Assembly: GCF_009914755.1 (NCBI RefSeq)
Contig: NC_060925.1
Length of the DNA stretch: 64,000 nucleotides
Reading direction: 5' to 3' (one strand)
Source of the DNA: the human T2T-CHM13v2.0 reference genome, Homo sapiens
In this document: positions 1-14,687 of the stretch, piece after piece
Layout of the letters: each line of letters begins with the position of its first letter
How positions within the stretch are numbered: position 1 is the stretch's first letter
Position numbers and translations under genes: made by a program
The notes under the pieces: model-generated
Told to the model about the DNA's origin: nothing
The model's database searches: none
Seen by the model: the letters and a program-made list of their open reading frames with translations, nothing else

Positions 1-1335
1 CACAAACTACACATCTGACAAAAGTCTAACATCCAAAAATCTTTAAGGAACTTAATCAATTGAACAAGCAAAAAACAATTCCATTAAAAACTGGATAAAA
101 GACATGAACAGACACTTTTCAAAATAAGACATACAAGTGGCCAACAAACATATGAAAAAATGCTCCACATCACTAATCACCAGGGAAATGCAAATCAAAA
201 CCACAATGAGATAGTACCTTATGCCAGTCAGAATGGCTATTATTTAAAAGTTAAAAAACCACAGATGTTGGCATGGCTGCAGAGAAAAATGAGTGCTTAT
301 ACACTGTTGGTGGGAATGTAAATTAATTCAGCCACTGTGAAAAGCAGTTTGGAGATTTCTCAAAGGACTCAGAACTACCACTCAACCCAGCAATCCCATT
401 ACTGGGTATATACCCAAAGGAAAAGAAATCATTCTCCCAAAAAAGCACACACACGCACATGTCCATTATGGCACCACTGGCAATAGCAAAGACATGGAAT
501 CAATCTAGATGCCCATCAATGACAGATTAGAAAAAGAAAATGTGGCACATATACACTCATATAGTTTGGATATTTGTCCCCACTCAAATCTTATGTTGAA
601 ATGTAATCCCCAATGTTGGGGGTAGGGCCTGGTTGGAGATATTTGGGTCATGGTGGTGGATCCCTTATGGCTTGGTGTTGTCCTTGCAACAGCAAGTGAG
701 TTCTCATGAGATATGGTTGTCAAGTGTGGGGCACATCGCCCACTCTCTTTCTTGCTCCTGCATTCACCAAGTGAAGTGCCTGCTCCTGCTTCACCTTCTG
801 CCATGAGTAAAAGTGCCCTTAGGCCTCCTCAGAAGCCTAGGAGATGCCAGTGCCATGCTTGTACTGTTTGCAGAACCATAAGCCAATTAAACCTCTTTTC
901 TGAATAAGTTACCCAGTTTCAGGTATTTCTTTATAGCAATGCAAGAACAGCCTAACACCTATACCATAGAATACTATGCAGCCATAAAAAGAATGAAATC
1001 ATAACCTTTGCAGCAACAAGGATGCAGCCTGGAGGCCATTATCCCAAGCAAACAAGAACAGACGGAAGAATAGAAAACCACATACCTCATGTTCTCGTTT
1101 ATAAGCGGGAGCTTAATATTGGGTACTCACTGACATGAAGATGGCAACGATAGACACTGGGTCCTGCTAGAGCAGGGAGGAAAAGGGAGGAGGGCAAAAG
1201 TCAAAAAAACAACTATCGGGTACTATGCTCAGTCCCTGGGTAACAGGATCTTTCATACCTCAAACCTTAGCATTATGAAATATACTCAAGTAACAAACCC
1301 GCACATGTAACCACTGAATCTAAAATAAAAGTTGA
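1..1335 (+). mobile_element. L1 (L1PB/L1MA-age) ORF2 3' end and 3'UTR, split by an MST LTR
   Basis: Typical L1 3' sequence (gaaatgcaaatcaaaaccacaatgaga; cccagcaatcccattactggg; gaatactatgcagccataaaaaagaatgaaatc). It resumes at ~961 after the LTR. Confidence 0.9.
558..958 (+). mobile_element. MaLR LTR, MSTB-like
   Basis: Starts atagtttggatatttgtcccc...atgttgaaatgtaatcccc; ends ccaattaaacctctttt...aggtatttctttatagcaatgcaagaacagcctaacac. Confidence 0.85.
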
Positions 1336-1641
<306 letters not shown>

Positions 1642-2534
1642 AAAAGTTGAAGAAAATATTGTAGGACAAAATAATATAATATACAGTTCTGGTCTACAGA
1701 TGAATTTCTCATCGGGTGCAGTTGTAGTAGTCTAAAAACCCTAATTTGGGGCAATCTGTCATGGGAGAAAGTGGAAGTAGTTTATGTTAATAAAAGAAGC
1801 TATGAGCTACCTCCCACATGTTCTGCAGACCATGGAATTGTATGAAACTCCTTTAAAAGCAACATGAGTATATCCAGATATAGTTCGATGAGGCAGTAAG
1901 GCCACTGCCACCAATTATTTAAAGAAAGTCTGTCTGGTGACAGTCATGCCAAGACCCTGAATCCACTTTAATGGTGGAAGTGGACACATAGGCTTAGGGA
2001 GTTCAAGTACTTTATGAGTAGCATTCTCTTATCATACATAGAATGCAAAATGATGTATTTTTTTTCTTTTAAAAAAGCAAAAGATGACTGAAGCTGCATT
2101 GTTGTTGGACTTTCTGAGGTTCTATTTTATAAGTGATTCAACTTGTCCTGTATGCTTTGAAAGTGCTTCTTTCTCTTAATGTTTAACTACAATATTTACT
2201 CATAGTTTACTTACCAACCCTACAAAAGAGGTAGTTAACTTGGGCTGCTTGCATTTCCTGCCTGCCTGGCTGCTGAACTTCCTGGGCCCAGAGAGGCCAT
2301 GCCATTGCCCAAGCTTGGCTATGGGGGGCTCCCCTGACTTCCTGCCAAGCTGGCCTGGAGTCCTTGAGGCATAGAGATGCCTGCAACAACGAGGTGGCCC
2401 CAGACTCATCCCATGTGCTCCTGCTGGCCATGGCACAATGATGGCCTCCACATGACCCCTGCCAGTAGCCCTCAATCTACTTCTTTGCTGTGGGAGCTGA
2501 CGAAGCTGAAATGGCTTCTCCTTCTGAGCCAAGT

Positions 2535-3135
2535 GCATTGCCCATTTAAATTTTTTAATTGTTGAATAGTATTCTTATATAGATACACTTTTCATTTTTT
2601 CTTTTGCTAGTCGATGAGTATTTGGGTTGTTTCCACTTTGGGTTACTATGGATAGTGCTGCTATGAGCTTTCACATGAGTCTTTGTGTGGACATAGGTTT
2701 CCATTTATTCTGGGTACCTATCTGGGAGTGAAGCTGCTGAGTCATATGGTAATTCTACATATGGCACTCTGAGAAACTACCAAATTGCTTAACAAAGTGG
2801 CTGCATTCATTTGCATTTCTGTAGGCAATGTCTGGGGGGTCCCTATTCTCCCCCTCCTTGTCATCACTTGTTATTGTCTATTGTTTGATTACAGCCACTC
2901 TAGTGAGTATGAAGTTGTATTGCATTGTGATGCCGGTATGGATGTCTGTAATGACTAATGATATTGTACATATTGGAATAGTATATTTTCCTCGGAGAAA
3001 TGCTATTGAAATCCACTTTACATTTTAAATAGTTTATCTTTTGTTAATGAGTACTATGAAATGTTTTTGTCTGAACAGTTCATGAGCAGATTTATCATTT
3101 GCAAATATGTTATTGCTTTTGGTGATTTGTCCTTT
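2535..3135 (-). mobile_element. Old L1M/L1ME 3' fragment
   Basis: Reverse-strand L1 motifs (tttgggttgtttccactttggg; gctgctgagtcatatggtaattcta; gatttatcatttgcaaatat). Confidence 0.75.
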
Positions 3136-3144
3136 CATTTTCAA

Positions 3145-3558
3145 AGATAAATATGCAAACGGATAACAACCAGTCTACATATAAAAAGAGAACTCTGAAC
3201 ACAACCTACAACAATCAGTCCCAACGGTCTAGTCTTGATTAGTAACTGACAGCTGACCTAATTTTTGCCTATGCTTCCAACTTAGGACCAAACTGAGAAG
3301 GCCAAACATGCACTCTTACCAGGAAAATAGAATATTCAGCTTCTGCTAAGCCCTCCTGCAGCTTCCCCATGTCAAGAGCCTCCAATCAGGACACATCTGG
3401 AGCCTTGCCTCTTTTTCCACTCTGGAGTTTTCCCACTCCTCTTCTTGCCTTTGAGTCTCCAACAAACACAAGTGATGCTGGCTAATTCCCTTGCTAGGGC
3501 AAAGCTGGGATACACAGCTTTTCTTGTTTTCGTTTTTGTGGTCTCCAATTATTTCCAC
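3145..3558 (+). mobile_element. ERV1 (MER4-group) 5' LTR
   Basis: LTR-like 3' half (ttgagtctcc...caagtgatgctggct...cccttgctagggcaaagct...tatttccac) followed within ~8 bp by a PBS. Confidence 0.6.
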
Positions 3559-3566
3559 TGCTATTA

Positions 3567-3582
3567 TGGAGGTCCCACTGAG
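3567..3582 (+). other. Retroviral primer-binding site, tRNA-Gln type
   Basis: TGGAGGTCCCACTGAG versus the complement of the tRNA-Gln 3' end, TGGAGGTCCCACCGAG (one CpG-type mismatch); sits just 3' of the LTR. Confidence 0.7.
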
Positions 3583-4606
3583 GTATCTGCTGCATTGTCC
3601 TTTGCCTTGGACCCTATAGTTTGACCAGCACCCACAAAGGCATCTTGTTTCTTCTGTTCATGGCTGCCACAGCAGCACTGATGTGATACATGAGCACTGG
3701 TTCTGAACTCTCTGTCTTTGCACCGAGTTCCTTAGGTATTTATTCTGCATTTGGTAGAATAATTACCTGGTTTTTGTTATTGGTTCCTACTTTTTTGACA
3801 TTCTTGGTGGAATCTGGTCTTCCCGTTCATTCATTTTGCTGTCTCTATGTTACTGTTTTGTCTTGTGTCATCCAAAAGCGTTGTCATAAGGAGAAGAATG
3901 AGAAGGTGGAACATAGTCATAGGCCCTAGAAGGCTATTGTTCAAGCCAGCCTCACACACCGGCGAATTTGTGGTACTCATTGGTCAGACATCCATTTGGA
4001 CACACTTTGCTATGGGTCACCAATGAAATTGGATGAAGTTCTCCTTTATACTTCCTTCTTAGTTCTGTGCATTCCGGTTGTGATCCAGAGAGTAATTTTA
4101 TTTTATTTTATTTTATTTTATGTATTTATTTATTTATTGGCTTTCCACCAGCTAGCAGAACAGATTTTTGTGTCTTCATCTGGAAGTGACCAACTGTCAG
4201 GATGAGGACCCAAGACACGAGGTGCATAAGCATTACTCTCCTACTGCCTGCCACCAGCTCTCATGGGGCTAAGTCTGAGTCCTCTCTGCTTCCCAGAAAA
4301 ACTCCTGCTCCTTGTGTTTACTTTCATTATAATGCTCATTCTTGTGCCGGCCTTTCTAAATAGCATTACTTCATCAAGAACTGGGCCTTCCGTGACCATT
4401 CTGGGGAGCATTTGCTTTGAACAACATTGCTCATTTGAGAGGTTCCTTAAGAAAGAAAAGGAATAAGATTTCTCAGGCCCAATGAGCAGTACATTTTGGT
4501 TGGTAAGCAGAAGCTTTCAAATGCTATTCTGAATCAAGAATCATTTCATTAAATCTTCTCTGGCCAAACCTAAGACACAATTTGACACACTTAAGCAACT
4601 ACGAAC

Positions 4607-4665
4607 TATTAGGTTGGTGCAAAAGTGGTTTTGCAAAACCACAATTACTTTTGCACCAACCCAAT
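4607..4665. mobile_element. MADE1 (Hsmar1-derived MITE), internally shortened
   Basis: TIRs ttaggttggtgcaaaagt ... acttttgcaccaacccaa. Confidence 0.85.
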
Positions 4666-5055
4666 GGATTCATTTTCTTAGTAAACCCTCTCCCACTTTC
4701 TTGCCCTCCAGTTGACCTTATATCCAGGTGTCCCCCTTCCCCTTTCTCATCCTAATCTCTCTCCTTCTGTACCTTCATCCTATCCTTCTTCCACTTCTCA
4801 TTCAGATCCCAGACCCTCCCCAACAACTCTCCTAAAACTCCAAACGACCAGTTGCCTCTGAAGTTTCTTCTGTTCCATAAACAAGTTTTGCCAGCAACTG
4901 TAGAATTTAAACCTGGGACCCAGCTGAATCAAGAACTACAATTAAATATTTTTCTAAACCCAGAGAAGTTTAGCAAACTCCAGAGGAGACCAGCAAATAT
5001 TCATAGAAGATTATAGAATTCTCTGGGGGCAAGAGGGTCAGGGTAACCTGATGCT

Positions 5056-5712
<657 letters not shown>

Positions 5713-5862
5713 ACCTGACACATCAACTGGCACTCATAATTTTTGGAACCTCTGACGCTAAAACCTTGAGGGCAAAAGGTGACTGATCTGACTTAGTAAT
5801 GAATCTACATGATCCCTGTTTCCACAATAAGCCTGAGAGTCAAAAAAAAAAAAAAAAAAAAA

Positions 5863-6965
5863 GGCCACGAGCAGGTCGAAGTGTCCTTCAACCTAGGCGG
5901 CCTCTGTGCAGGTCGGTTGGCCTGGATGGGGCCTGGAGCATCACATGCATATTGCTTTTGTGCAGCTGGAGCCTCCGGAGCCCATCGAGGTAGAGGCAGA
6001 CAGTGAGGAGGCCTGCAGCCTGGAAGACTTTCCAGGGGTGGTGTTTGAGGGCTCCAATTCCATTAAATTCTGTGCGGTCATTTCTGTGTTTAGAAAGGCC
6101 AGTGGAAAGTGACTGATGTTGGTGACTCATTCTCCTTTTCCAGCTCCTGCTTAATGTCTAGAGACACAGGCAATTCCAGTGCTGGCTCTGGTACATGCTG
6201 CCTGCTCCGGAGCCAGAGTCACTTGCAGCCCTGGGCCTCCCACACATCGATCCAGCACCACGGCCAGCTCCAGAGCCACGGTGCTCCTGCCCCGGTCCTG
6301 GGACTGCGAAGAACCAGCCCGGCGAGGCGTTGCCTGACATCGTGGTGTCTGTTGCCCCCACCCACTCGCCTCAGCCCTGGAGCTGGAAGAGGCTCCCCCG
6401 GAGAGGCGGCGGCCAGTGGGGCTCCGGCCAGCAGGCCTCGCGCTGCTCTCGGTCCTGGGCGCAGGGAGAGCCGCGGAGGCGGAGAGCAGGGCTGGCGGGC
6501 CGGCTCCTGGGCCTCGCTGAAGAGCTTCCCGCGGGCCAGGCTCGGCCCCAGCACGACCTGAACAACGTCTGCTTCTTGCAAGCCGCCACCCGGCCTATGG
6601 GCGCGAACTCCACCCGCTCGCCCCCTCCACGTCCCCGCCTGGCCTGCCGCTGATGGGGGCGGGCAGGGCGGAATTCCAGCAACTCCTCCTCCTGCTCCAG
6701 GACGTGGTCTCCTCCTCCGGCGACTGGGACCTGCCCTCAGCTGAGCGTCTGAGCTGGGGGCCTCTGAGGTGCTGCCCAGGACGGGCTCTTCCTGGTTGGC
6801 AGGCAGGTGGGAATGTATTTTCCAAAGGGCACAGGCCCAGGCAGGACCTAGCAGCTGCGCCTTGGGGTCACCATTGCCCCCATCCTGCCCAAGGACTTAT
6901 TTATATTGTTATTACTTCAAATTTCTATAACTTTTAAATAAAGAATTTGGCTTTTTAATTAAAAC
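5863..6965 (+). pseudogene. Unidentified GC/CpG-rich insert; putative processed pseudogene or captured mRNA fragment
   Basis: Abrupt switch to CpG-rich, codon-like sequence after an A21 tract. Frames are broken by stops and frameshifts. It ends in an AT-rich tail with TTATTTAT and AATAAA (~6938). Source gene not recognised. Confidence 0.45.
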
Positions 6966-7384
6966 TCTCATGCCTTCTTTAACACCCTAGTGTCAGATGG
7001 AATTCTTGAGGCTATCATGAAAATCGCCCACAGTTTCCTCTTTTTGTTGTGGATGTTTCCATGAATGAATTGTGATCTGATCAACTGTTACTGTAAAGCT
7101 TTCCGATTTAGGACAGATTCCTCTCCCAGCACCTAGAGATCCCTGTTCTGTCTGTATCGAGGACAAAGATTAGCTAGAAGGAATCTTAAATCTCCTTTAC
7201 AAATGTAAAAACAGATTTGCTGTCTATGTGCTTTGCCAAACAGAGAGAGACAGGGGCCATTGAGACATGATGAAAACAGCTTCTTCTGAGACGGGGGAAA
7301 AGAAAAATAAGAAATATGAACAACCACAGTAGGTCCAGCAACCTTTCCACAGAGCCAGGCACTCAGGAGCCACCTGTCATGTCT

Positions 7385-7505
7385 TAGGCCATTTCGTTCC
7401 TACAAGAACCTCACTGAGATTCATCTTACTACTCCACTTTTCAGAGGTGCAAGTTGAGGCTCAGAAAGCTGCAGTGGCATCCCTAGACACAGCTAGTAGG
7501 TAGTA
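7385..7505 (-). mobile_element. MIR fragment
   Basis: ccacttttcagaggtgcaagttgaggctcagaaag...acacagctagtagg resembles the MIR core in reverse. Confidence 0.6.
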
Positions 7506-7556
7506 GGGTGTGCCTTGAAAGAAACAGACACTCGCCTGCTGAACAGCTGCTCCAGG

Positions 7557-8467
7557 TGTAGCAGGACAAGCCGCAGACAAAACCCCTCAGACACTGAGTT
7601 AAAGAAGTAAAGACTTGGAACCAACCCAAATGTCCAACAATGATAGACTGGATTAAGAAAATGTGGCACATATACACCATGGAATACTATGCAGCCATAA
7701 AAAATGATGAGTTCATGTCCTTTGTAGGGACATGGATGAAATTGGAAATCATCATTCTCAGGAAACTATCTACAAGAACAAAAAAACAAACACCGCATAT
7801 TCTCACTCATAGGTGGGAATTGAACAATGAGATCACATGGACACAGGAAGGGGAACATCACACTCTGGGGACTGTTGTGGGGTGGGGGGAGGGGGGAGGG
7901 ATAGCATTGGGAGATATACCTAATGCTAGATGACGAGTTAGTGGGTGCAGCGCACCAGCATGGCACATGTATACATATGTAACTAACCTGCACAATGTGC
8001 ACATGTACCCTAAAACTTAAAGTATAATAAAAAAAAAAAAAAAAAAAAAAAGAAGTAAGGGCTTTATTCGGCCGGGAGCTTCGGCAAGACTCACGTCTCC
8101 AACAACCGAGCTCCCAGAGTGAGCAATTCCTGTCCCTTTTAAGGGCTCACAACTCTAAGGGGGTCTGCGTGAGAGGGTCGTGATCCATTGACCAAGCAGG
8201 CGGTACGTGACTGGGGGCTGCATGCACCAGCAATTAGAATGGAACAGAACAGGACAGGGATTTTCACAGTGCTTTTCTATACAATGTCTGGAATCTGTAG
8301 ATAACATAGCCGATTAGGTCAGGGGTCGATCTTTAACTACCAGGCCCAGGGTGTGGCGCCGGGCTGTCTGCCTGTGGATTTCATTTCTGCCTTTTAGTTC
8401 TTAGTTCTTCTTTCTTTGGAGACAGAAATTGGGCATAAGACAATATGAGGGGTGGTCTCCTCCCTTA
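7557..8467 (-). mobile_element. HERV-E-type solo LTR (LTR2 family), interrupted by L1
   Basis: Reverse strand begins TAAGGGAGGAGACCACCCCTCATATTGTCTTATGCCC and ends ...TTGTCCTGCTACA; 4-bp TSD-like cagg/caag. Confidence 0.85.
7611..8050 (+). mobile_element. Young 5'-truncated L1 (L1PA2-like) 3'UTR
   Basis: Near-consensus L1PA 3'UTR with GAG (not ACA) at gatgacGAGttagtggg and aaacttaAagtataat; pure polyA; TSD aaagaagtaa. Confidence 0.92.
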
Positions 8468-9616
8468 CAAGAACTGTAGGATGGTGGTGAAGTCCCACTA
8501 GGAGCCCAGGAAGCTCCTGAAGGAGGGGATGGTTTGACCCTGGAAGGCTGGAACCAGGGATTCCACCAGCCTCTCCCTTGTGCCTGGCTGGGGGGTCCCT
8601 CTGCATAGTACAGATCTCCCCTAGGTTCAGAGTACGCTCATTTTCATACTAGAGAGGACCAGGAAGGACACGGTCAGTGACAGCATCATGAGCCACCAGG
8701 GAATTGGGATCTGGAGATCAGACTAGGAAGCCTCAACCCTTCAGGGACTTGTGCATGTGGAGGACATGGGTGTTCATGGTGAAAAAGGTTTTAGACTTTC
8801 AATGTAAAATGTGATGGGGGGGACAGATATTCATTAAATCATTAATAGCTTCAAGGCACCATCACAGTATTTGGCAACTGTGGAGCAACAGCACCCACCT
8901 GTATTAACAGCCTGTATGAAGAGCACTATCCAAGTGAGTCCTCAAAAAAAATACACTCATTGTATAGATGAGAAGACACAGACTTTTGGATGTCAAATGG
9001 CTGCTCAACAGCACATCAGTCAGAACAGAGAATCATCCACAAGGGAGGCTGCATGAAATTCCCTCTAAACTACCTGAGGCTCAGCCTGCTCCTGCCATGG
9101 AGGAGAAGGGCCTGGGGAAGCTTCCTTTCCTCTCCTTTTCAGAGACAGTGCACAGGGCAAGACACTCTAGAAGAACTCTTTGGACTTAAAGCAACATAAT
9201 TTGTTTTTCTTCCTTTAACATTAAAGGGAGTCTTGAGAAATAGCTAAAACAATCCCACACCTGGCAAAAGGGAAAATGCCAGGAGACTCCAGGCAGAAAG
9301 CTCATCAGAGAACCTAGGGGATCTGAGCATTTGGCTCAGGGAAAAGACGCCCTGAGCAGATATTAAACAACTGAAAGACAACAAACACATCCATTGGGAA
9401 ACTTGGGAATGAAAGGAAAAACGTGATTGTATTTGCCACACAGACACCAGGTTGGCAAAACATTAGAAATGTTAACCTCCAGGGGAGGCTGAATGCAGGG
9501 AACCAGCTACCTTCAGGGACTGCTGGTGACAATGTACCTGCTACAGCCCTTTTGGAAAGTTATCGGGCTGTAGCTATACAATCTGACATATGTGTACTCC
9601 GGAGTGAGTTAGTATA

Positions 9617-11067
<1,451 letters not shown>

Positions 11068-11199
11068 AGACTGATGGTTTTTAAGGTTTGGAGAAGGTCT
11101 ACCGAGGCAATGGAACTTTGTGCTACACGAGAGAATTGCGGTAGATAGATAAAACAATAAAAACAGTGACAACATGCAAAAGATACTCATGGCCTAGTG

Positions 11200-11410
11200 T
11201 AAAGTGCCATACGGTCAGGCCCTTGTGAGGACTCTCTTCTGAGTTGCAGACTTCAGACTTCAGGTATTATCCTCACCTGGCAGAGAGGGAGGAACGAGCT
11301 CTCTGAGGTTCCTTTTATAAAGCCAGTAATGCCAACCATGAGGGTTCTATCATCAGGATAATTCCCTCTCACCTCCTAATACCATTACATTGAGGATCAG
11401 AACATCAACA
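11200..11410 (-). mobile_element. MaLR LTR fragment (MLT1A/MSTD-like)
   Basis: tgaggactctctt...cctcacctggcagagagg...cacctcctaataccattacattgagg. Confidence 0.7.
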
Positions 11411-14200
11411 TTTTTTGCTAATTTCAGATTCAGGGGTGCACGTGCAGGTTTGTTACATGGGTATATCGCATGATGCTGAGGTTTGGGCTTCTAATAATCC
11501 TGTTGCCCAAATAGTGAAGATAGTACCTAACAGATTGTTTTTCAACCTTTGCTCCCCTCCTTTCCTCTCTCTTTTCAGGATCTCCAGTGTCCATTGTTCC
11601 CGTCTTTGTGTCCATGTATACCCAATCTTTAGTTCCTACTTATAAATAAGAACATGCAGTATTCAGTTTTTTTGTTTCTGTGTTAATTCACTTAGGATAG
11701 TGGCCTCCAGCTGCATCCATGTTGCCACAAAAGACATGATTTTATTCTTTTATGGCTGCGTAGTATTCCATGGTGTATATATATGACATTTTCTTTAGCC
11801 AGTCCACAACTGATGGGCACCTAGGTTGATTCCATGTCTTTGCTATTGTGAATAGTGCTGTGATAAACATACGAGTACATGTGTCTTCCTGGTAGAGTTA
11901 TTTATTTTCCTCTGAGTATATACCCAGTAATGGGATTGCTAGGTCGAGTGGTAATTCTATTTTTAGGTCTTTAAGAAATCTCCAAACTGCTTTCCACAGA
12001 GGCTAAACTAATTTACACTCCCATCAGTAGTGTATAAGCATTCCCTTTTCTTCACAATCTCATGAACATCTGTTATTTTTTGACTTTAAAAAAAAAGTTT
12101 ATTTTAGGTTCGGGGGTACCAGTTAAGGTTAAATAGGTAAACTGTGTCATGGGGGTTTGTTGTAGAGATTATTTCATTACCCAGGTATTAAGCCAGTACC
12201 CAACAGTTATCTTTTCTTCTCCTCTCCCATCTCCCACCCTCCACCCTCCAAGTAGACCCCTGTTTCTATTATTCCCTTCTTTGTGTTCATGAGTTCTCAT
12301 CATTTAGCTCCTACTTTTACAAGTGAGAACATGTGGTGTTTGGTTTTCTGCTCCTGTGTTAGTTTGCTAAGGATAATAGCTTCCAGTTCCATCCATGTTC
12401 CCTCAAAATATATGATCTTGCTCTTTTTTATGGCTGCATAGTCTTCCATGGTGTATATGTACCACATTTTCTTCATCCAATCTGTCATTGATGGGCATTT
12501 AGGTTGATTCCATGTCTTTGCTATTGTTAATAGTGCTGCAGTGAACATTTGCATGCCTGTGTCTTTGTGGTAGAATTTCTATTCATCTGGGTATATACCC
12601 AGTAATGGGATTGCTGAGTCAAATGGTATAATAATTCTGCTTTTAGCTTCTTGAGGAAACTCCACACTGTTTTCCACAATGGTTGAACTAATTTACACTC
12701 CCATCAACAGTGTATAAGTGTTCCCTTTTCTCTGCAACCTCGCCATCATTTGTTATTTCTTGGTTTTTTAATAATAGCTGTTTTGACTGATGTGAAGGTG
12801 TATTTCATTGTGGTTTTGATTTGCTTCTCTCTGATGATCAGTGATAGTGACCATTTTCTCATGTGTTTGCTGGCGGCTTGTGTGTCTTCTTTTGAGAAGT
12901 GCCTGCTTATGTCCTTCACCCACTTTTTAATGAAGTTATTATTCTTTGGATTTAAGTTCTTTATAGATTCTGAATATTAGTGATTTGTCAGATGTATAGT
13001 TTGTGAACATTTTCTCCCATTCTGTAGGTTGTCTGTTTACTCTGTTGATAGTTTCTTTTGCTGTGCAAAATATCCTTGGTTTAATTATATCTCAATTGTC
13101 AATTTTTGTCTTTTTGCATTTGCTTTTGAGGACTTAGTCATAAATTCTTTGCCTAGGCCAATGTCTAGAAGAGTATTTCCTAGGTTTTCTTTTAGAATTG
13201 TTATAGTTTGAGGTCTTACATTCAAGTCTTTAATCCATCTTGAGTTTAATTTTGTATATGAGAGGCAGGGGTCCAATTTCATTATTCTGCATATGGTTAG
13301 CCAGTTTTCCCAGCACTATTTAATAGGGTGTCCTTTGCCCATTGTTTATGTTTGTGGACTCTGAGGAAGATTAACTGCTTGTAGATGTGTGGCTTTGTTT
13401 CAGGGGTCTCTGTTCTGTTAGTCTATGTGTCTGTTTTTGTACCAGTATCACGATGTCTTGGTAACTGTAGCCTTGCAGTACAGTTTGAAGTTGGATAATG
13501 TGATGCCTCCAGCTTTATTCTTTTTGCTCACGATTGCTTTGGCTATTTGGCTCTTTTCTGATTCCATATGAATTTTAGAATAGTTTTTTTTCTAATTCTG
13601 TAAAAAATGGTGTTGCTAATTTAGTAGAAATAGCATTGAATCTGTAGATTGCTTTCGGCAGTATGGACATTTTAACAATATTGATTCTTCCAACCCATGA
13701 GCATGGGATGCTTCATTATCCATTTGTTTGTTTCATCTCCATTTTTTTCTCATCAGTGTTTTGTAGTTCTCCTTGTGGAGGTACTTCACCTCCTTGGATA
13801 AATGTATTCCTAAGAATTTTATTAGGTTGGTGCAAAATTAATTGCCATTTCTGCCATTGAAAGTAGTGGCAAAAACCGCAATTACTTTTGCACAAACAGA
13901 ATATTTTTTGTGTGGCCATTATGAATGAGATTGAGCTCTGGATTTGGTTCTCAGCTTGAGCGCTGTTGGTGTAGAAATGCAAATTATTTTTGTACATTAG
14001 TTTTGTATCATGAAACTTTACTAAAGTTATTTATCAGGTCTAGGAATCTTTGAGCAGAATCTTTAGGGTGTTCTAGGTATAAGATCATGTTATCAGCTAA
14101 CAGAGATTTGACTTCTCCTTTTCCAGTGTGGATGCCTTTTATTTATTTCATTTGACTGATTGCTATGTTGAATAGGAATGGCGAGAATGGAGAATTTGCT
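11411..14200 (-). mobile_element. Two nested or adjacent L1 (L1PA15-16/L1PB-like) 3' segments
   Basis: Two L1 3'UTR ends (11411 and ~12097), each followed by reverse ORF2 C-terminal sequence. The ORF track shows L1 peptides (MFTAALLTIAKTWNQPKCPS; [13 protein letters not shown]). Confidence 0.9.
13821..13903. mobile_element. MADE1 MITE, full length (~80 bp)
   Basis: attaggttggtgcaaaattaattgc...ggcaaaaaccgcaattacttttgcacaaac, inserted in L1. Confidence 0.9.
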
Positions 14201-14227
14201 GCTCTTGGAGTCTTGGCTGGAGATGGG

Positions 14228-14687
14228 TGTATTAGAATAGTTTGCTAAGTCTGCCATAACAAAGTACCACAACCTGGATGGCTTGAACAAAAAAAATTGT
14301 ATTGTCTCACAGTTCTGGAGGGTGAAAGACTAAGATCAATGAATAGGAAGGGTTGGTTCTTTCTGCTTCATGCCTCTACCCTAACTTCTGGTAGTTTGCT
14401 ATCTTTGGCATTATTTAGCCTGCAAATAAATCACCCAATCTCTGCCTTGAAATTCACATGGCATTCTCTCTATGTGTTTGTCTGTCTCCAAATTTCCCCT
14501 TTTTATAAGGACACTAGTCATATTGAATTAGGAGCCCACCTTACGCAAGCATGACCTCATCTTAACAGTTATTATATATAAACTTGTGTCTGCAATGACC
14601 CTGTTTCCAAAGAAAGTCACATTCTAAAGTACTCAGGATTAGGACTTCTACATATGCATTTTGGGGAGACACAATTCAATCCATAAC
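14228..14687 (-). mobile_element. MaLR LTR (MLT1C/D-like)
   Basis: gccataacaaagtaccacaacctggatggctt...tctcacagttctggagg...ggagacacaattcaatccataac. Confidence 0.85.

Noticed and set aside
1651-2530. Possible decayed processed pseudogene
   Set aside because: Looks non-repetitive and partly mRNA-like, but the frames I translated have many stops and I recognise no protein, polyA or TSD. Needs BLASTX.
5863-6200. Minus-strand resemblance to sororin/CDCA5 (LEKENE, SRL..SASTS, FDLLV)
   Set aside because: Motif spacing is roughly half that of the real protein and the intervening sequence does not align; probably coincidence. No gene symbol assigned.
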